Assembly (NCBI GenBank): GCA_964581625.1 | Contig: CAZOPE010000013.1 | Span: 1,833-65,832, forward strand | DNA length: 64,000 nucleotides | Origin: an uncultured Cellvibrionaceae bacterium | GTDB taxonomy: Bacteria; Pseudomonadota; Gammaproteobacteria; Pseudomonadales; Cellvibrionaceae | Direction: 5' to 3' | In this document: one piece after another, positions 38,222 through 46,922 of the stretch | Numbering within the stretch: position 1 is the stretch's first letter | Layout: every line of letters begins with the position of its first letter | The notes under the pieces: model-generated | The model's input: only the letters and a program-made list of their open reading frames with translations | Told to the model about the DNA's origin: nothing | Databases searched by the model: none | Position numbers and translations under genes: made by a program

Positions 38222-40018
38222 ATGCTAAACGTTGTTCCCACTGCAGCGTCACAGGATTCAGCAGACGCAACCACGGAAAAAAAATACCAAGATACTTACG
38301 CCGATTTGATTGTCGATTATCTTGCCCAAATGGGTATTGATCTGGTTTTTGGCGTTCCCGGTGGCGCCATTGAACCGCTATTGAATTCTCTCGCGCGTAG
38401 CGAGCGCAAAGGCGGCCCTCGTTTGATCGTGGCTCGCCATGAATGCGGCGCAGCATTTATGGCCGACGGCTATTATCGCGAAACCGGTAAAATGGGTGTG
38501 GTTTGCAGTACTACGGGCCCTGGAGCCACCAACTTGCTCACCGGCGTAGCCTCTGCCGTGGCAGACGAAATCCCCATGCTGGTAATTACTGCGCAAACGC
38601 CACTTCCAAAATTCGGCAAACGTGCGCTACAAGAATCTAGCTGTACAGCAATAGATACCGTTGGCATCTTTCGCTACGTTACCCAGTTCAACACATTGGT
38701 GTCACACCACGAACAGCTGGAAAGTAAGCTTGTTTCGGCAATCATGGCCGCACATCGCAAACCGCACGGGCCGGCTCACATCAGCATTCCATCTGATATC
38801 TTGCGCGCGCCAGCAAATATAAATGCTCATATTCACAGCGATCTGTTAATTCACGATTTTTCAATGTCTGATGCGCAATCCATCGCACGACTTTGCGAAA
38901 AATTGGCTCGCGTAGATAACATCGTTCTTTATATAGGGAATGGTGTTGGCAAGGCGAGCATGCAAATCATGGAGTTTATAAACCTAACCGGCGCCAATTT
39001 CGTTACCAGCCCAACGGGCAAAGGTTGGGTGGACGAGAATCACCCCCTCTACCGCGGTGTTTACGGCTTTGCTGGCCACGAGAGCGCGACCGCCCTATTG
39101 CAAGACCCAAACTTGGATTTAATTTTGGCCGTGGGGACAGACCTAGGTGAATTGGGCACCAGCGGCTGGAAGGGTGACTTGTTAAATACCAAATTAGTTC
39201 ATATAGATTCCTCTATCGAACACTTTACGCGCTCACCTATGGCCAACCTCCATGTGTTCGGAAATATTGACGTGATCTTCGAACAATTGCTTATCAACGT
39301 TCGCGATTCGCGCAAATGGGGCAAGACCTGGGAAACCTTGCATCCCGTATCCGAACGCAACATAAATGGCGGCTATGCCACGCTGCTTGAAACGGGCAAA
39401 TGCTTTTCCAATGACAGCCCTGTCAAACCACAGCGTTTAATGAACCATTTGTCACAACAACTCCCGGAAGAAACACGCATCTTCATCGACGCAGGCAACA
39501 GCTGGTCTTGGGCTACCCACTACCTTACACGTGCCAATAACGAAGGGCTTTACCGAATCGCCATGGGATACGGTTCTATGGCTTGGGCTATTGGGGCGTC
39601 CATAGGCTCCGCTATGGGAAATCGTGAAGCACCAACCTTATGCATTGTGGGGGATGGCTCTTACCTCATGAGCGCTCAAGAAATTACGGTTGCAGCACAA
39701 CATCAACTTCCCGTTGTATTCCTTGTCCTCAACGACTCCGTCATGGGCATGGTGATGCATGGGCAACGCTTGGGTAATCAAGAATCCATCGGCTGGGAAC
39801 TCAATACCATCAACTACGCTGCGCTTGCGCAGGCGATGGGAATTGACGGGATTGTGATAGAAACACCGGAGGCGCTAGATAAGCTAGATATAGAAAGCCT
39901 TTTTTACAAAAACGGCCCCACGCTTATTGATGTAAGAATCGACCGCGAAGAAGTGCCCCCCATGAGTGATCGAATTAAAGGATTGGCAATCAATGGCTCG
40001 GCAACACCCGGCGGTTAA
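38222..40018 (+). CDS. Thiamine-diphosphate-dependent enzyme (acetolactate-synthase-like)
   Basis: FGVPGG, RHECGAAFMADGY, TTGPGATN, ThDP motif GDGSYLM...LND; no adjacent ilvH/ilvN. Confidence 0.9.
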   Translation: MLNVVPTAASQDSADATTEKKYQDTYADLIVDYLAQMGIDLVFGVPGGAIEPLLNSLARSERKGGPRLIVARHECGAAFMADGYYRETGKMGVVCSTTGPGATNLLTGVASAVADEIPMLVITAQTPLPKFGKRALQESSCTAIDTVGIFRYVTQFNTLVSHHEQLESKLVSAIMAAHRKPHGPAHISIPSDILRAPANINAHIHSDLLIHDFSMSDAQSIARLCEKLARVDNIVLYIGNGVGKASMQIMEFINLTGANFVTSPTGKGWVDENHPLYRGVYGFAGHESATALLQDPNLDLILAVGTDLGELGTSGWKGDLLNTKLVHIDSSIEHFTRSPMANLHVFGNIDVIFEQLLINVRDSRKWGKTWETLHPVSERNINGGYATLLETGKCFSNDSPVKPQRLMNHLSQQLPEETRIFIDAGNSWSWATHYLTRANNEGLYRIAMGYGSMAWAIGASIGSAMGNREAPTLCIVGDGSYLMSAQEITVAAQHQLPVVFLVLNDSVMGMVMHGQRLGNQESIGWELNTINYAALAQAMGIDGIVIETPEALDKLDIESLFYKNGPTLIDVRIDREEVPPMSDRIKGLAINGSATPGG

Positions 40019-40155
40019 CGGATACCGTTGAGGCTTGTGGTCGTTCAATAATCATATAGTTCATTAAAAGCAATCTGATATTCACTTTTTACACTTCAAA
40101 AATGGCGTCAGTGTGCTTATTAAGCTAGCATGAACTCTAACTTGGAGAGCCATGC

Positions 40156-42681
40156 GTGTTATCAAATACTAACAAGACTATTCCATCCGCCGCGTCCACC
40201 CGTATTCTGGTTGTAAACAGCGACTCGGCGGCACAACAAAAAATCAGGGGTTGTCTGGTATCGTCTGGCTATGGTCAATTCACCATTGTTGATGACGCGC
40301 AAAATGCTCTGCGCTTTTTACGTAGTCATCCCGTCGATTTAATCATTGTTGATATTGATATTCCCGATCTCGATGGCTGGCGGCTGTCACGACTTATCCG
40401 TAGCGGCATTCTCAAATGCCGATCTGACCTTCCGATTATTATTCTCGCTAAAACCTGGTGTGAACGTATTGCCGAGGTCACAGCGCGTGAATACGGCATC
40501 AACTATTTGCTTCCGCTCAACCACCTGAGCAATTTGACAGAGATTATTCAGAACCTTACCCAGCAAACCAGCCAAGAACCGCCGAAACCACGTTTATTGG
40601 TGGTTGAAGATTCACCGGACACCTCTGATTTAATTCAACGTGTACTCACCACACATTTCGACATAGAAGTCGCTGCCGATGGCGCATTGGGTTTAGCCAT
40701 TTGGCAGGAAAAACGCCACGATTTGGTGTTGCTAGATGTTGCCTTACCCACCATGAACGGCCACGATATCTTGCTTGAAATCACCCGTATTGATCCCAGC
40801 CAACCCGTGGTGATCATGACAGCTCACGCGTCTATTGAGCATGCAGAAGAATTAATGCTTTCTGGTGCGGTAGATTTTCTACCCAAACCTTTCCGCGCCG
40901 AACAACTGCGCAAAGTATGCGACATTGCAATTCATCGCGAAGATTACCTCGTCAGTAACGCACAATTTGCTGAACGCGTAAAAACACTCGAAGCGCGTGA
41001 GCGGGAGTTTCGTCACCTCTACGAAAGTCATCATCAATTGTTGGATGATCTTCAATCGGTTGTGATGGAGCTAGATGAAGATTTAAACATTGCATTTTTG
41101 AACCGCACATGGGAAACCTTAATGGGGTTCCCCATCGAAGACTCTATTGGTCGTCCGTTCGAGGACTTCATCTCACCGGAAGATGCAAGTCAATTTGCCA
41201 ACCTCAAAGAACACATTACGGCGGCAATTCACGAAAAGAAAACCAGTACCGAAATTGAACTTTGCTTGCGCGACGTAAATCACCAAAAGATTTGGACGCA
41301 GCTGAAAATTAGCCACTCCACCCGCAGCGAAGAGTTTTCAACACTCACCGTATGCATGGATAACATTACCGAACGGCGCAAATCGCAAGAACAATTGCAG
41401 TATCTAGCGATGCACGATTCTTTAACGGGTTTATATAATCGCCACCATTTCGAATTAACGCTAGAGCAACTTTCAAAAGATGCTGCACGCACCAAGCGGC
41501 ACCATGGCTTGGTGTATTTGGATCTCGATCACTTTAAAGTGATTAACGATACTTTCGGCCACCAAAAAGGCGACGAAGTTCTGCGCGAAATGTCCGCTAT
41601 GTTAGCGCGCCGTGTACGCAAGCCAGACATTTTGTGTCGCCTTGGCGGAGATGAATTTGCTGTGCTGTTGCGTAATGTAACTGCACAAAGCGCGCAAGAT
41701 TTTGCGCGCGAGATTCAAAAGACAATTGGCGAATTCAGTTTTCAGTTACAAGAACAGCGAATCAACTTAGGTTGCAGTATTGGCGTAACGGTTATTGACG
41801 GCAGTGCGCATACCGCTGAAGAACATTTTATGCGCGCCGACATTGCACTCTATGTCGCCAAAGGCCGCGGCCGCAACCTCATTCATATGTACGATGCAAA
41901 AGACAACGAAAGTGATGAGTTACGCTTGCGTATTAACGTCTCACAAAAAATTCGTAAAGCAATTTCAGAAGATAGGATGGTGCTTTACTTCCAACCGATT
42001 TATGACGTTAACAAAGATAAAATTTCTTACTACGAGTCACTTATTCGCTTACGCGAACCTGACGGCACTATTGTAGGCCCTGCCGAATTTATTCCTGCAC
42101 TGGAAGCCGCTGGTGAAATGCATTTGTTGGACCGTTGGATCATTAAATTAGCGACGCGCACGCTCAAAGATCATCCAGAACTTAACCACATTGCCATCAA
42201 CCTATCCGCTCAAGCGTTTAAAGATGAAACCTTGGTTCCGACTATTTTGGAGAGTTTAAAAAATACCGGTGTAAATGCTAAAAGACTCACGTTCGAACTC
42301 ACCGAGAGTGCAAGTCTGTTTAACTTAGCTATTACGCAGCGTGTAATTGCAGAATTGCACCTTCTAGGTTGCAGCTTCTCTGTAGATGACTTTGGCTCTG
42401 GCTTTAGCAGCTTCGCTTACCTAAAAGATTTACCCGCCGACTACATCAAACTCGATGGCTCATTTATCCAAAACCTTCACAAAGACAGCATTGACCAAGC
42501 ACTGGTAAAAGCGATGATCCAAGTGATTCAGGCGCTCGGCAAAAAAGCGGTTGCTGAATATGTGGAGAACGAACAGATATTGGATATTTTGAAAAAAATG
42601 GGGATAGATTTTGTTCAAGGCTACCACATAGGCCGCCCTATTCCTGTGGAAAAAATCCTCGCTAAAAAAACAATGGCCTAA
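40156..42681 (+). CDS. REC-REC-PAS-GGDEF-EAL c-di-GMP enzyme
   Basis: Two receivers (DLIIVDID, DLVLLDVA), PAS (AFLNRTWETLMG), AMHDSLTGLYNR, RLGGDEF, YESLIRL, DDFGSGFSS. Confidence 0.92.
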   Translation: MLSNTNKTIPSAASTRILVVNSDSAAQQKIRGCLVSSGYGQFTIVDDAQNALRFLRSHPVDLIIVDIDIPDLDGWRLSRLIRSGILKCRSDLPIIILAKTWCERIAEVTAREYGINYLLPLNHLSNLTEIIQNLTQQTSQEPPKPRLLVVEDSPDTSDLIQRVLTTHFDIEVAADGALGLAIWQEKRHDLVLLDVALPTMNGHDILLEITRIDPSQPVVIMTAHASIEHAEELMLSGAVDFLPKPFRAEQLRKVCDIAIHREDYLVSNAQFAERVKTLEAREREFRHLYESHHQLLDDLQSVVMELDEDLNIAFLNRTWETLMGFPIEDSIGRPFEDFISPEDASQFANLKEHITAAIHEKKTSTEIELCLRDVNHQKIWTQLKISHSTRSEEFSTLTVCMDNITERRKSQEQLQYLAMHDSLTGLYNRHHFELTLEQLSKDAARTKRHHGLVYLDLDHFKVINDTFGHQKGDEVLREMSAMLARRVRKPDILCRLGGDEFAVLLRNVTAQSAQDFAREIQKTIGEFSFQLQEQRINLGCSIGVTVIDGSAHTAEEHFMRADIALYVAKGRGRNLIHMYDAKDNESDELRLRINVSQKIRKAISEDRMVLYFQPIYDVNKDKISYYESLIRLREPDGTIVGPAEFIPALEAAGEMHLLDRWIIKLATRTLKDHPELNHIAINLSAQAFKDETLVPTILESLKNTGVNAKRLTFELTESASLFNLAITQRVIAELHLLGCSFSVDDFGSGFSSFAYLKDLPADYIKLDGSFIQNLHKDSIDQALVKAMIQVIQALGKKAVAEYVENEQILDILKKMGIDFVQGYHIGRPIPVEKILAKKTMA

Positions 42682-42705
42682 CAGGAAACACCCATTAGGC
42701 CATTG
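42671..42705. terminator. Inverted repeat at the convergent junction
   Basis: CAATGGCCTAA / TTAGGCCATTG 11-bp stem overlapping the EAL stop codon. Confidence 0.55.
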
Positions 42706-42734
42706 TAATCAACGCTAAAAATAAACATTCCAAA

Positions 42735-43589
42735 TTAATCTGGCACAGCGCGCAGCGCAGGGCCTTGGTAATCTATATCTTCACAGCGAAGGGGTAAGAA
42801 CGTATTGGGTGGTTGGGCGAATGTGTCCAAATAACAGGCTGTCACACCGCTCGCCACAGCCATGGAAAACATTTGATATACCTCCTGCCCACAAAAGTCA
42901 TAGTCCGAGAGAAATGCAGCGACATATCCATTTATGTTCATTCGTTCGTCGTACTTTTCAAGCAGTACTTTTTCTATCTCATATGCCAAAGCCAAATGCC
43001 TTCCAGCAGATAAATTTAATGACTTGCTAACTCGCTCCATGGCTTCAATTCGCTCATCACCTTTAGCAATTGGACGGATGTAACCAACAATCATAGGCTT
43101 TCCTCCGCGAGAGGATACACTTTTTAAAACATCTTCTACAGACATCCCACTATCAATTTGCTTTAACGCAGCTTGAATAAATCGCATTCCTTCAACGATA
43201 GGAAATATCCCGTAGAAACGAGAGTCGGCGGCGAGCGCTCCCAATGCTGTTGCCGCCATGGCAGATGCACGGGCAGTTCCCGCCAAAGCTCCTATTTGAT
43301 TACACCAGATTCGAGAATCTGGCCAACTAAGACAACCGTATATACCTTCAACCCAAGCGGCCAAATTTTTATCTATCAATTTTCCCGTCGCGTTTAGGAC
43401 GACGATCTGCATATAGGTTTTTTCTCCGACCAACTCTTCCAACATGGAATAGCCATGACTGTACACAGCTTTACCAGGAAACCAGCCACCGGTGTTGCTA
43501 ATAATCTTCCCTCTGCGTTGGTCCAACTTGGCGACAGAATCCATGTCGCTAAAAGTATTTTTATCGTTCGATAACATAGTTTTCATCAC
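42735..43589 (-). CDS. Citrate-synthase/citryl-CoA-lyase-fold protein, non-canonical (B)
   Basis: HGYSMLEELVG, MIVGYIRPIAKGDERI, MNINGYVAAFL align with the CS small-domain motifs. Confidence 0.7.
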   Translation of the reverse strand: MMKTMLSNDKNTFSDMDSVAKLDQRRGKIISNTGGWFPGKAVYSHGYSMLEELVGEKTYMQIVVLNATGKLIDKNLAAWVEGIYGCLSWPDSRIWCNQIGALAGTARASAMAATALGALAADSRFYGIFPIVEGMRFIQAALKQIDSGMSVEDVLKSVSSRGGKPMIVGYIRPIAKGDERIEAMERVSKSLNLSAGRHLALAYEIEKVLLEKYDERMNINGYVAAFLSDYDFCGQEVYQMFSMAVASGVTACYLDTFAQPPNTFLPLRCEDIDYQGPALRAVPD

Positions 43590-44385
43590 TCACAAAGGGC
43601 ATAGCCGTAATAGGTTTATTGGCAACTTCCAAACCGTGAGCCACTAACCCTGGGGCACCAAGCAATTGAAATACAGATGCACCCATACGCGCATGAAAAC
43701 CCAAGTCGGACAATACCGCCGCCACTACTCCCGTCAACAACCACCCGCTACCAGTCTGTTGCAGCTGCTTACTAAGTTGACACCCCCAACGTAAGGCTTT
43801 ACCGGCACCCTCATGTTTTACCAAACGATTTGCAAGCTCAATGGCCATCAATTCTAAGCCACCATTACGGCAACCGAAGCCCGGGGTAAGAGTACTCTCT
43901 TGAGTCAAGTTTTGTGCCTCAGGGGAGTGCCGCAATATTTGCGCAACTTTAGCGGCATCGGAATCTTGATGCTTCCGCAGAAAACGCATGGCATCTTCAA
44001 TTTCACCAGCGCCCATGAAACTTCCACCTAAGACGGCAGATGCTATCGGCAAAATATGCACAGATTCCGTTTTACCAATCCCCGCATTCATTGCAGCCCG
44101 AGTTGCCGGATGTCGAGGCCCTGGATTAATCATCGCAACCATTAATTGTTGCAATAATCCAGATTCCGCCGCGTTAGGTAACTCGCCACGAAACAGTAAA
44201 TAAAACATGTCCGAGTAGCTACGTTTTTCCATTAGCTCAAATAGTTCATAGCCATGGCATAGTGCGGAAGCAGTTATGTAGGGGTTTTCATCGCTAGGTA
44301 ACTCTCGCCAAATACGTGTTGCTGTTCGCGTTACAAAAGGTTCGTTGCGACTACGCACTTTACCCGGCTTGGTTTCTTCACTCAT
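43561..44385 (-). CDS. Citrate-synthase/citryl-CoA-lyase-fold protein, non-canonical (A)
   Basis: CHGYELFELM, YLLFRGELP, INPGPRHPATRAA, TPGFGCR, FQLLGAPGLVAH. Confidence 0.72.
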   Translation of the reverse strand: MSEETKPGKVRSRNEPFVTRTATRIWRELPSDENPYITASALCHGYELFELMEKRSYSDMFYLLFRGELPNAAESGLLQQLMVAMINPGPRHPATRAAMNAGIGKTESVHILPIASAVLGGSFMGAGEIEDAMRFLRKHQDSDAAKVAQILRHSPEAQNLTQESTLTPGFGCRNGGLELMAIELANRLVKHEGAGKALRWGCQLSKQLQQTGSGWLLTGVVAAVLSDLGFHARMGASVFQLLGAPGLVAHGLEVANKPITAMPFVSDENYVIER

Positions 44386-44398
44386 GGTAGGAACTCGA

Positions 44399-46555
44399 TT
44401 ACTTGAAGGCGTAGGTTAAACCCAGCCAAAAACTACGTGATTCTAGAGGATAATCATCAGGAATAGTGCCGCTGCTTGGTTCACGCGCGTCGGCATTTGC
44501 TGCGTTACGGACAGCTAATTGCAAATCCAAATCCGGTAATAAATTTTTCCGGTTTAACGTCAAATTAACTAAGGAGTAATCGCTTATCGGCGGACGCAAA
44601 TCAGTCACGGGGCGCTCGCGATCGCTTATCCAGCCAAACTGACTATTGAGCGACCAATCAGGCGTAATCTGCCAATTAATATTTGCTTTTGCTTGACGCC
44701 CTGGAGCGTCAGCAATTCGCGCATTAGTTTTACTATCAACCGCGTTCTGAAGAGAGTAACTAAACCCAACTTGTAAATATTGAGCAGGCCTCCAGTTCAG
44801 CTCCCACTCAAAACCCTCACCATTTTGAGCGTTAGCATTTTGGGCCACCTTAATCTGCGCATTTGAATCGGGGATAAAATCGATCATTTTTTTGGCTTGG
44901 TAAGTAAAAAATGTCAAAGTTGTCTGCAGCTTATCTGTAGGGCGGTAATTAAAAGATAACTCCTCACTATTAATTTGCTCCGGTTGTATATCGGGGTTAC
45001 CTAAGGATACCGGATTATTTTTAAAATGAAGCTCAGAGAATGAGGGGGCCCTAAACGCACTGCCTAAAAGTATCTTGGTTGTCAGCTTTTCAGTAACACC
45101 CCATACGAGCGCAATTCGCGGATTTGTAGTGTCTCCAAAATCAGAATATTTGTCGTAGCGCAGACCAGCAGTTAAATCAAGATCGTTTCGAATACTCCAT
45201 TCGTCCTGCAAAGATAAATAGTTAACGGCTCGGGATTTATCAACCAGAAAAACGTATGCCGTGCCAGTAACGTCTGTCATATACCCGTTTACTACGTTCG
45301 GTAGAGGCACCCCATCTAAAACACCAGGACCAAAATTTTTACTTTCTCGGGGATTCGCACTCTGTAAACGCTTACCAAAATTAAATCGAATACGATGAGA
45401 CTCAAACCCGCTGTAAATTGAAACGAAATCAAATTTGGTGTCTTTTGTTATCCCTCCGGGGCGCCCTTTTAGTCCGTCAGTAAAAAGAACAGCTCCAACA
45501 GGAGTAACAAAATCTACATTACCATCAGCACCAATAGGTACAATCGATCCCGGAGGTGCCAAGGTAAATTGCGCGATTTCATTATAATACATATGGCTTA
45601 GGCGGATGCTATTATCCCAATCAGCATCATTTTTTTGAAAATGGTACGTCATGTCCGCCATCAAAAGATCGCTATCATCTCTGCCGTTCGGGTCCAGCGC
45701 TTGAGCGGCCCCAGCGCCCACCCCGGCATCAGTAGACAACCAGTTCCACAGATTAAACTGAAGACGATCAGTACTAAGCGCCAAATGAGAATCCAAAATT
45801 TGGTAGCGTGTTGACAAAGCTCCGGGAGCAAGCGACACTTTTGTGCCGAATGCCGTATCTAAACTGGATTGGAGATCGGTGTATATTTTGCGGGAAGAAT
45901 CTCCTACGGAATCTTGATAACTCGCGTCGAAAGCAAAAGCAATTCCATTCCATTCCGCTGAAGTTTGTAACCACAATTCACGACTATTAAATGAGCCAGT
46001 GCGGGCACCAATTTTCGTGTGCTTGATTGATCCCGCATCCTTTGTGATGACGTTAACTACACCTGCATAAGCATCGGCGCCATACACTGCAGAACCTGGT
46101 CCACGTATGACCTCAACGCGATCAATATTGGCAACGGGTAATCTAAATAAAGCGGGGCGTCCACCAGAGGAGCTAAATTGCACAGGAACGCCATTCAACA
46201 TCATCAATACTTGCGAATTAAAACCTGTATGAATCCCACGGATGGATTCTACCGAGTCTAATCGGCTGAGCGCCGATAGAGAAATATGCATCCCCGGTAC
46301 CGTCTCCAAAACATCATCAAGCGTACGCGCACCCATAGCTTCAATTTGAGCGGCATAAATAACAGATGCAGTCGCAGGGGCTTTATCGAGAGGGGTGCTA
46401 TTACCCGTGGCGATTGAAATTTGTACTTGGCCTAGTTCGGCGAGGGATAGGTTGTAAACATCTAATGGCGCGGCGGATTTATTCTCCGCTTGGGTTGCAG
46501 CAGAAATAGCGCAGATAAATGCTGAGAGTAGTGCTCGGGCATATGGTGCTTGCAT
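44399..46555 (-). CDS. TonB-dependent receptor
   Basis: Signal peptide, plug IDRVEVIRGPGSAVYGADAYAGVVNVIT, LTAGLRYDKYSDFG, terminal YAFK. Confidence 0.93.
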   Translation of the reverse strand: MQAPYARALLSAFICAISAATQAENKSAAPLDVYNLSLAELGQVQISIATGNSTPLDKAPATASVIYAAQIEAMGARTLDDVLETVPGMHISLSALSRLDSVESIRGIHTGFNSQVLMMLNGVPVQFSSSGGRPALFRLPVANIDRVEVIRGPGSAVYGADAYAGVVNVITKDAGSIKHTKIGARTGSFNSRELWLQTSAEWNGIAFAFDASYQDSVGDSSRKIYTDLQSSLDTAFGTKVSLAPGALSTRYQILDSHLALSTDRLQFNLWNWLSTDAGVGAGAAQALDPNGRDDSDLLMADMTYHFQKNDADWDNSIRLSHMYYNEIAQFTLAPPGSIVPIGADGNVDFVTPVGAVLFTDGLKGRPGGITKDTKFDFVSIYSGFESHRIRFNFGKRLQSANPRESKNFGPGVLDGVPLPNVVNGYMTDVTGTAYVFLVDKSRAVNYLSLQDEWSIRNDLDLTAGLRYDKYSDFGDTTNPRIALVWGVTEKLTTKILLGSAFRAPSFSELHFKNNPVSLGNPDIQPEQINSEELSFNYRPTDKLQTTLTFFTYQAKKMIDFIPDSNAQIKVAQNANAQNGEGFEWELNWRPAQYLQVGFSYSLQNAVDSKTNARIADAPGRQAKANINWQITPDWSLNSQFGWISDRERPVTDLRPPISDYSLVNLTLNRKNLLPDLDLQLAVRNAANADAREPSSGTIPDDYPLESRSFWLGLTYAFK

Positions 46556-46922
46556 AACGACAATCCATAATTTTAGTAAAAATCTTACTCCTGTTTATAT
46601 TTTTACTAAGGTGGTAATTATCTATTGCATCGATATTTACGAATGACCACTGAACGGTGCTGCATCAACAGATTTTTTATGTAAACTTTCTTCGCTAATT
46701 CTGCGCGAAACGCCCCTAAAGATAGCCTACCTTTCGTTGAAAGCAAACAAGTACTTGCTGTAAAACCAAAAAAAATTTATTGAATACAAATAATTACAGT
46801 GTGATGCGGATTTCGATGTACACAAGGGGACGAATTGGCATGCACCTTAAGCAAGGTGCCATACCAATCCTGGGTTCGAAAGGGCCGCAAAGCCCTTAAG
46901 AAGGTTGATATTGAAATGTTAA

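Noticed and set aside
38222-40018. Calling the ThDP enzyme ilvB/ilvI
   Set aside because: No regulatory subunit, ilvC or leader attenuator nearby; the context is signalling genes.
40152-40172. Six-codon ORF (MRVIKY) overlapping the GGDEF-EAL start
   Set aside because: The GGAG spacing fits GTG 40156 better; no evidence of a regulatory role.
42735-44385. Calling the pair gltA/prpC or ccl
   Set aside because: Too short for GltA, and the catalytic His/Asp motifs are substituted.
46875-46897. GAAA..GGGCCGCAAAGCC resemblance to a c-di-GMP-I (GEMM) riboswitch
   Set aside because: It lies on the strand opposite the flanking genes, lacks the upstream GGCAAAC/P2 elements, and folds as a simple hairpin.
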